From assembly GCA_038496445.1 (NCBI GenBank), contig JALMLS010000185.1, positions 46,901 through 110,900 of the forward strand: a stretch of 64,000 bases of DNA, in the 5' to 3' direction. Numbering within the stretch: position 1 is the stretch's first letter; each line of letters begins with the position of its first letter. The position numbers and the translations under genes were made by a program. The stretch comes from Trichosphaerium sp. ATCC 40318 (lineage: Eukaryota; Protista; Tubulinea). The notes below the pieces were generated by a model. That model had not been told where the DNA came from. It did no database searches and saw only the letters and a list, made by a program, of their open reading frames with translations. Shown one piece after another: positions 55,176 through 64,000 of the stretch.

Positions 55176-57049
55176 ATGGCTAGAACATTCCTTGTATTGT
55201 TTATAGCGTACTCATTGTTTGCGAATGTCTCAGGACAAACAACACATCCAGATGATATTGAAGCGTTAAAAGACTTTTTCTCATCAACAAACGGCGACAA
55301 CTGGGTGCGAAGATATCGTTTACACCGTTCTGACGTTTTTAAAACTTAAGGTAAACAAATGGCCTGTAAGCGTAGGAAATGATCCATGTCTCACCAATTG
55401 GGTACGCACGTGTCACGAACGGACAATAATAAAAAGCAAAAAACTTTTCTGGATGTTTTGTAAACTTTTGTATTGTTTTAGTTTGGCGTACAATGCTATG
55501 ACTTTGATGGTTATAAACGCGTTTACTCTATTTCCATCCAAGGCAATGGGCTATCAGGAACTCTAGGAACAGGTTTCTGTACGTAAAGGAGATGATATCT
55601 CAGTCTTCTCTTTGTGACACGTGTGAACAAAACGTTAACGATCTTTCTTCCAGGTAAAATGTCAGAACTCGGGTTCTTTTATATCTCCAATAACGCAATA
55701 GGCGGTACAGTTTTTTTGGTTATATTTACAGCTTTTGATAGTCTTGTGTACTATGACGCTCACAAGGTTTAAAAAGGAACGATACCTGAAGAGATTACTC
55801 AACTAGAGAAGCTACAACATCTTGGTCTCGATAGAAACCAGTTCTCAGGAGGTACTTCCTTTTTTAAAAGCCAATCACTTTCATCTGGCTATGAACCAGA
55901 GAAAAAACGTATAGCGGGCAGCTCATGCAAGGTTTTTATTTTTTTTGGATAATTTGGGATTGTGACACGTGACATCATCATTTTGTTGTTTAGAACTACC
56001 TGAAAATTTTGGAAGTCTCCCTCTTCTGAGTGCGCTATATCTTCAATATAATAGCCTATGTACGATCGAATTAAAAAGGATTTAAGAGTTGTTGTATTTT
56101 AATTAATGCATTGATATAGCTGGATCGATGGATGAACTGTTGACGCTTCGTAACATTGCTCATCTCGATATTGGATATAATCAATTTGAAGGTATTTTAC
56201 TCTGTTATTAATGACGTCATTGTGCTGTCACATTACAATATCGCTACAGGACAAAGCCTGAAAATAACAACTTCAATCAAAAAAACACACTTGAAAGCCA
56301 AATTACTCGCGTGCACTTTTCTGAGCTTTGCTTTTTTTCAACACCATTTGCTTTTTAATGCATACAGTTTTTTGCGCTCATTGACTTATTAATATTCAGG
56401 AGAACTTTCTGAACAACTAGGAAATCTTCTCAGTCTTGAAACACTGCGTGAGTCTTATATCTGAACCAACTGTAGTTAAAAGAAATTGATAGGTTTGAAC
56501 AGCAATAAATTTACTGGCAAAATTCCATTTGAATTTTCAAAGTTAGTAAACACCAAGATTTTGTGGCTTCAAGATAACGATCTAGGTACTATATATAAAC
56601 CAACTTGCATCTAATACGTCTGTAGAAGGAACTATTGAACCATTGGCTTCCATGGTACGTAACTACGAGTTTGATTCACATTCTCATTTTTTTCTTTTAA
56701 ATTAGGCTCAACTTGAATTTTGTTACGTTTCACGCAATAACTTTAGCGGATCTATTCCTCCTGTGATGGGTCTTTTACCTCAATTAAAACAAATCGGATT
56801 TGATGCTAATGGATTCACTGGAACTATACCTCCACAATTTAATACAACACCTCAATTACAAGCGTTTTATGCGCAGCAAAACAGGTAAGGCGAGAAAGTA
56901 GCATTTTTTGTTAACAAGGTTTTTGTAGACTTGAAGGATCCATTCCACAAAAGTTGTGTACGCTCACATGCGATTTACGTAATAATTTGTACGGTGCTGT
57001 TTCATCACCATGTTGTGAGTTACCTGTTGGTGAGAACTATATAAACTAA
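55176..57049 (+). CDS. Secreted plant-type LRR protein (LRRNT cap + LxxNxLSGxIP repeats)
   Basis: Signal peptide; DIEALKDFFSSTNGDNW..DPC..WFGVQC; GTIPEEI, NKFTGKIP, NNFSGSIP repeats, about one per exon; 3' end uncertain. Confidence 0.85.
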
Positions 57050-57851
57050 CCAAGAAATAAAACTTTTTGAAGTGAACTGTTTATTTTAACTAATCTATAA
57101 TTGAGCTCCGATGTAGTCCCTTTTATACTTTTAACAGTCCACAAACAACTTCAAAATAACATTGAAAGGTGTTATTTGTTGAACCACGAAAGAATTACTG
57201 AAGTAGTATCCTTCCAAAAATGTGTCACAGACGTTCTTAAAGAACAAGGGTTTTTTAAGAAAATTGTGACGCTTTACAATTTGATCCCAAAAGAGGTAGC
57301 ACGTGGTTCTTTATTAATCCTATTTATTTCTTCAACAAACCTTTTTTTTTCTAGGATACGTCATTGCAGTTTGACGACATTGAAGAGTCTTTATCTGTTC
57401 GATATGTTGCACTAGGGGAAGCCATTTTTACTTTGCCTCACTGTTACTTAGCTGATAGATCTGAGTTACTGTATGTATTAATAACACTTTATCAAACGAG
57501 TGTCTAATCTCTATCTCAAAGACTACAAGAAATACCCAAGTGTCTAAGACTAGGCTCGTGTGGTCAAGAGAATCTATCCAGCGGACAGAAATATACTGAG
57601 CTATTTGTACCTGCGAAGCTAATACACGCTTGTCAGCCACTCAACCGAAAAAATGCCTGAAAATATAACTCTTTTTCAGGTTTGCGCTCTTTATTGTTAT
57701 TTCAATACAGAGGTTTACAATAGTATGGATACAAGAATTAAGAGCACAGCCAAAACGTATTGTTCTAGAATTGCATGAGAAACAAGATAAACGTCAAAGA
57801 GTGGCAATAACAACCGCTCATCCAGGAACGAACTACAACCACTTGTATATG

Positions 57852-58863
57852 CTATTGGCTTTCTTCATCAATTTGATTAACTATCATTGCTGTTAACAGA
57901 ATAAAGGCTTCTTTAACTACAACAATAAAGTTATACGCTTGTATGTGTTGATGTACATACCATTGATTGCATCTTTGGAAGATATTTCAATAAACTCCAC
58001 CTCATGTTCATCAGCAAATTCCTAAATTTAATTAACAAACAAAAATGGAACTATTGTTAATACCTGGGCAATATCAGTATCAACAGCACGTTCTTCAATG
58101 AGATCACTCTTTGTTCCAACAAGTATTGCTTGGATATCCTCTGGTGCATATATATCAAGCTCTTGAACCCACGTTTTCGCGTATTCAAAAGTCTGTTGGT
58201 CTGTAGTATCATACAGTATCAAAGCACCATTGGAAGCTCGATAATAACTGTCACTACTAATTCTTCGGAATTTCTCTGTACCTAAAAACAAATCTGTCGT
58301 TAACATAACAGCTTACAAAAAAAGCTGACCAGCGGTATCATATACTATTAGTTTGACATCCTTGTCATACACTCTGATTATTTTTAATTTCTAAACACTA
58401 TAAACACACGATACATTACTGTTTTAGAACTGGTTTCTATTGTGGCTGCGTGCAACTTTCTGTGATAGAAGAGTTATCACGTGTATTGTTACGTACAAAG
58501 TCAACACCAAATGTGGCCGTGACAGACTCTGGGAAAGTATCATCAGCAAATCTAAGTACAGCACTAGTTTTTCCAACACCAAATTCACCAATCATAATTA
58601 TTTTGAATACATAATCACTAAAACACGTGATCAAGAAATGTAATAAGCAAAGAGGAATGTACTAGTGTGGTTTTGAGTTTTTTATATCCTTTGCAGCTAA
58701 TAACGGCTTGTCAGTCACACAATGGATTAAAACTCGAAAAAGTAGTTTGATGGGGGTTGTAGAACTCTTTTGTAGAAGTTGAAAGCAAAACACACAAGTT
58801 AAACAACACAGCACCTTTTTTTTGTCGTTTTTTGTAAGCATGTTTACTGCTTTTAACACCCAT
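57852..58863 (-). CDS. Atypical Rab1-like small GTPase, paralog of 3930-5297
   Basis: MGVKSSKH; [36 protein letters not shown]; ends VNQIDEESQ* without Cys; same intron positions. Confidence 0.85.
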
Positions 58864-59156
58864 TACATGTACAAATCAATAGCTATATTAAGTCAATATC
58901 TTTATGGCTTAGCGGTGGAAAAGTTTTTTTCAATGAAATTGAAGTGCGAGCGTTTAAACAAAAACTGTGTTTAGTAGGATAGTGCTTAACACGTGGAAAA
59001 CGACTTGGGGTTTTTGGAGTACCATACCAAACAAAACCAAGTCAATCAAGATCCATATTCGTTTTTTGATTTTGAATAAAAGTAAGCAACAACACTATGA
59101 ACCTAGGTTCCTTTGCTAACCAACAGTTTTTTTTTCTGTCATTCTTTTTATTATTG

Positions 59157-62100
59157 TTACAAGGCAGAGGAGTGGACATAAAAATACAAGTATCCAGACT
59201 CCTGCTTCTTTTTGTTTTTTAGTACATCAAAAGCTTTTATCGTAGTCATCTTACTATCATCAAAATTAAACCAAACCTTATCGTTTTGTCTAACATCTGC
59301 TACATAGTGTCCTTTTCGAATAGTCTCGCCTCTATTTGACAAAAAAATGAGAAAAAGAACAGTTTTCAAGCGTTTAAAACTAATACACGTGGCTGTAGAT
59401 TTCTTGTAAAATAGTTGCATCTCAAGCGTAAAAAAATAGAGAATTTAAAGCTCCCCAGATTACAGACAATCAGCTCTTTTGTACAAAAAAAAATGTCGAA
59501 AACCAATTCATGGTGATGGATTTGTAGTTGGACGTACTTGTGATGTACAATGGCTACAAGTCTATAATTAGGTTCAACTGGTTCAAAAGGAGCTTCAAAA
59601 GGCTCTTCACGCTCTTTTTCAAGAAAGGCAGCACCTAAGATAACAGAACATTAGAAGAGTTTTTTCAACTTCGGTTTTTTACATACGTTCAGCATAAGCT
59701 TTTTGCTCTTTAGCCTCTTCTTCCTTCCTTTTACGCTCCTCTTCGCTATCTTCTTTTGGAGCATCATCAACATGAGATACATCATTAACATCACTCAATG
59801 ATACGTCATTAATGGCATCAGCAGAAGGAATAAGTGTAATGTCATCGCTTTCATCCATAGCATCACCTTCACTTTTTTTCTTCCTAATAAAAACAACGTC
59901 AGGGAACTTTGTCTCAAAGTACAACTGTCGCACATCTCAGGACTATAAGCGAGTATTCCTTTATTCTGTGCGTCTCTCTTACTTTCTGCTAATGCTCTCT
60001 CAAGGTCAGACTCATATTCTCTATCTGTCTTTGCTAGAACAGGTTTCGAACTTTCTTCTCTAAAAAAAAACAAAAAAAATTAGTTTAGGAAAGAAGCAAC
60101 AAAAGGTTTGAGGCAAACTAGTTTGCACTCGAAGAGAATTAACTACATACAAGCTAAGCTTCATTGCTCTCTTTATATCATCATCTTCAGATGATGGTGA
60201 TACTATATCGGCCATACTAACTTCAACAGTCCGGTTGGGATCCCGAGTTGGAGAACGTGCCCAAATGGAACGATCAAATTCGTCATCTGACGTCCTTCGC
60301 TTTGACTCTCCTTCACCGTTGTTTTTATATATATCACTAATTGTATTGGTAGTAGTATTATATAAATCTTCAGTATCCATAACAGTTGCTTGAGTGACTT
60401 TTTGACGTTTCGGATTTTTTTCTTGTTCATCGTCTTGTTCAGTTTTTTTTCGCTTATGTCTGTTCTTAATCACGCTTCTAAACTCTTCTGAATCTCTTCT
60501 ATTCTTAGAAGGCTTAGACAGTTGTATAGTAACATCGCCATCATCACTTTCAGGCTTTTTCTCGGCTTGTTCTTTCGAATTCTTTGAAGAATTTTTTTGT
60601 TCTTTTTCTGAAGTTTCTGACTCTTCTGCATCTGATGTATCCTTGGATTTTTGAACTTTTGATGGCTTTTTTATCTCTCTAAAAGGAGATGTAAAATATG
60701 GGCTTTCAACAAGATCCTTTTTCTTCTTCTTGATGGTTGTTTTGTTCAAAGACTTCGATGCCTTTTTTTCATCTTGTTCGAATTTCTTAATACGTTTCTT
60801 AGCTCCAGTCATGCTTGATTTAATACTTTTTTTATCAAAATGAAGTGGATTACGTGATAAATCACAGCATTGATCAGCTATGAAATATGTAAGTACACAA
60901 AACAGAAGGTAACCGCTGAAAATCGGAAAACAAAGAAAAAAAACACAAGAGAGAAATTGTTTGTTCTTCGCTTCATAACAAGTTTCTACGGCGAGTAATT
61001 TTCTTCAGGTGTCTCATGATGTGATAGATTTTTTTGGTTATAGATAGGACGTACCAACGTTTATAGTCTTATTGGCAAGTACTTGATCCTTAATCTTCTT
61101 AAAGTCATTGGCAGCAGGATTATAAATAAACCGCTTTAAGTGTAGAACAAGTACGCGAGGTAGACGGAAGAACCTTGTACTAACAGAGTGTACTTGACTA
61201 CAACCACAAGCGTCACAATTCTTTTGAACCTCATCATCCTAAATAAAATTAGCAACAACAAATCAATGTCATAGGATTGTACCGAAAAGTAATTGGCTAG
61301 TAGCCGAGCCATATCTATAACACCTCCTTTAGAAAGTCCAAGGTCTTTGCGAACTTGTTCTATAGTTTTACCATCATTCTTGCTTTAGAGGTGTCAGCGA
61401 AGTACTAACAGGAAATTGTGTGACGTTTTTTGTTGGTTGTGGGTTTTTTGTTTGCTGTTGTTGAAGTACCTCATTTCCATTGCTACAAGCACTTCAGTAT
61501 CAAAGACATCAAGAGATAAGTTCCAGAATTGTTGTTTAACTCTTGTTGAAGCCTCACAAATAGAGCAAGTGAAAGTATGAATCAAAACACTTCCAAAATT
61601 TCTTTTCGTTGGACATAGATTAGAAGCACGGTCTATTGAAGTTTCATGGTAAGCAAAGAACACACGTTTTATAGATAAAACATATTCAAAAGTATAGGTT
61701 CATACCTGCAAATGGTACTTCATCACCTTGCTCTTTGCGTTTCTTCATTAAAAAAGGTAAAATGTCTTCTTCAACTTGAGCCAAACAACATGTTAAAAAC
61801 TCATGTGCGTCCTTTTTATAACTGTTAGAAAAAAATCATTTATGATGTTCATATGATTTATCGTATTACTCAAGCACAATTAGCGCATTGCAGACTATTT
61901 AAAAAATCGCAAACAAAAGTTTGCGCGAGTTCAATTCACAATCCACGAAAATTCAAAAAAAAACAAAAACAAGAACGAGTCGCTTTGCTGGCACCAAAAT
62001 AACGATTAAAGGTTGTACAGGCAAACACAGCATATAAAATGAGTGCAGTGAAACAATAAAAAATGCATGGTCAAGCCCGTGATAAAGAAATAAAGTAGGG

Positions 62101-63145
62101 TAAGAAAAACGTACTTGTTGAGCACTTCCACGAAAGTATTTGATGTGTTTATCAAGAGCCTCTTTTACAATCTTTGGGTTTATAACATTACGATCAGATT
62201 GTAGAGTTTTATCAAGTATAACCAACAGAGACCTTTGTAAAAGAATAAGAAAAGAGAACCACTGCACGTGGTAGCCAAGCTACGACAAAATAAAAAAGTA
62301 TGTACCGATAAAATGTCTTTGAACTCAATCCTGACTTGTCAAAATACTTACTGCTCATGTCTGCAATAAAAGGTCTTATGCTTGATAACGCTTGGATCAC
62401 AGCGTTCATATAACACGTATTACCGATATTATACAACCTCAACAACAAAGTCAACTCCAAAATTTAACAAAAACAAAAAAAACCTTGTTACAACATACCC
62501 TTTGTACTGAACACGTGGCTGAGGCCTCCTGGCTGTTGATGCATTACCAGGACTTGTGGTAAACTCTAGTATACTTTTCTGGCGTCTACGTGGAGAAGCC
62601 CCTGGGAAATGGCACGAGGTAAATCCTGTCCTTTTCGTTGTTGCAAATTTCTTCTTCTGTGTGCTCATCCCACTCATCCCACTGTAAGTTTTCTTCTTTT
62701 GAGAGTTTAGCGGGAGCCTAGAGACTTGTAACAAGGTTAGATCCTAAACCGTTTTGGTGTTTTTGTAGAAGATTTTGCGCGGGTTCTTGGCGGTTGTTTT
62801 GTGGCGTTGAGAGTATGTATGGAGTGTTTTGACAAAAGTACTGATGAAAACTTGTTAAAAGCACTTACTGGTGCGTATTTTTTTCCCCAAGCCCATTGTT
62901 TTCACTCGTTGGCTAAGTACGCTTTTTGCCTGCTTGCTAGTGATCTGTAAAGCTAAAACGCTATTAGATACGTATTGATTAAAGCACAACATACAACCCT
63001 TCTTTGTAGGGGACTTTTGCATGTTTTCATCGTAGTCTGTCATATCATTCTTCAAACAGGCGTCTAATTATGTTTTATAACCCCCACAACATAAATAAAA
63101 ACATACCTTCAAACGGATTAGTGGAATTATATGGTTTCTTTGCAT
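59157..63145 (-). CDS. Ubiquitin-specific protease with UIM inserts (USP37-like)
   Basis: Cys box GLYNIGNTCYMNAVIQAL, QQDAHEFL, LPRVLVLHLKRF, UIMs EDDDIKRAMKLSL and ESDLERALAESK, His box GHYVADV..WFNFDDS..GYLYFY; 5' end uncertain. Confidence 0.9.
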
Positions 63146-63336
63146 TGGCTATTTAAACGGCATAAATATACGTTCAAACGATTATACAACATTACCAAAC
63201 GCGTTTGCCGAGTGTGACATTCAATTTAGATGTGTTGCGTACATGAAAAACGAATTAATTTATTTTCAAATTTGCTGAATTCTACAAAACGGTTTTTTAT
63301 TCTTCAATACAATGTACAAAGTTATTACTGCATACC

Positions 63337-63874
63337 CTAAAACGCTGAGTGTGCTATAGAAGCCTTTGATGATGGTTTAACTTTTGAGGACGAAGTTGAC
63401 GCTTTCTTTTGGCGCGAATTGGATTGTTTTGGTGCTACACGTATTCTTGCGAATAAATCATCAACCAGAGACTCTTTTAATGCGTCCACTTGCTCTTGAA
63501 GTCGCATTAAGCTCTTTATTACTTGCTCTTCAAATTCGTCTAGTTTAGGGCTCTCACCTGCGCCAGGACTCTCTTAGGAGGTATTAGAACAAAAAATGTG
63601 GGAAAGTTTGCAGTAATTAGTATTACCGTCAAATAACGCGCTTTTGAGCTTATATATAGGTACTGCCGCTGCATTAGACACACCAAGAGAGAGTATGTCC
63701 TTTCTAAAAGTAGAAATTATTAAACACTATCTATACTCTTCCTGCGTACAATGTGTACTCCTTTAATAGACTTCCTGTAGTATACTTGAATTGATCTTCA
63801 AAATCGCTAAATCCTCCCCATTTTAACCACGACGCAACGTCATCGGTTCCCCAGGTTGTTGGTTCTTTATCCAT
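63337..63874 (-). CDS. Small SAM-domain + coiled-coil protein
   Basis: PTTWGTDDVASWLKWGGFSDFEDQF..GSLL..DILSLGV; two introns; TAG at 63337-63339. Confidence 0.7.
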
Positions 63875-64000
63875 TTAGTTTTGAAAGATATTGCTCACAA
63901 CATCAGATGAAACTTAACTGAGAAAGAAAAAGAGTACCTTTGCATGTTTTAAGCTATGACACGTGCGGCAAAAAAAAAAACAACATTTGGATTCGTTTAG

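Noticed and set aside
57101-57600. Spliced-looking ORF downstream of the LRR gene
   Set aside because: Has plausible introns but no ATG start or homology; may be a fragment or an alternative LRR 3' end
57760-57854. Stop read-through of the Rab TAG into ..GCYCHS.. to supply cysteines
   Set aside because: The cysteines would not be terminal and the paralog has no equivalent extension

Overview
AT-rich eukaryotic (protist, probably amoebozoan; inference) genomic DNA using the standard code. It is gene-dense, with many short (mostly about 35-70 nt) spliceosomal introns, so most genes were reassembled by hand across the fragmented ORF track. Conserved intron-rich genes: type II glutaminyl cyclase, kaptin, Rac, an SLC5 symporter, BTB-SPRY, PRMT, an MCT-like MFS transporter, ankyrin, ISY1-like, a secreted LRR protein, a USP37-like protease and a SAM protein. 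These are interleaved with fast-turnover accessory DNA: three different F-box architectures (F-box+LRR in a 2-kb inverted repeat, intronless F-box+MORN-variant repeats, F-box+4TM), a duplicated LamG/Pro-Thr-stalk receptor cassette, and piggyBac, pogo and MITE remnants. Most unusual signals: (1) many long introns fold back through internal inverted repeats, including a triple-hairpin intron and one compensatory base-pair change; (2) the palindrome CACGTG occurs about 75 times where about 5-6 are expected; (3) two Rab1-like GTPases have N-myristoylation motifs, no C-terminal cysteines and no catalytic Gln; (4) four GC-AG introns have GCACG donors. Exon boundaries and counts were read by eye and need computational confirmation.
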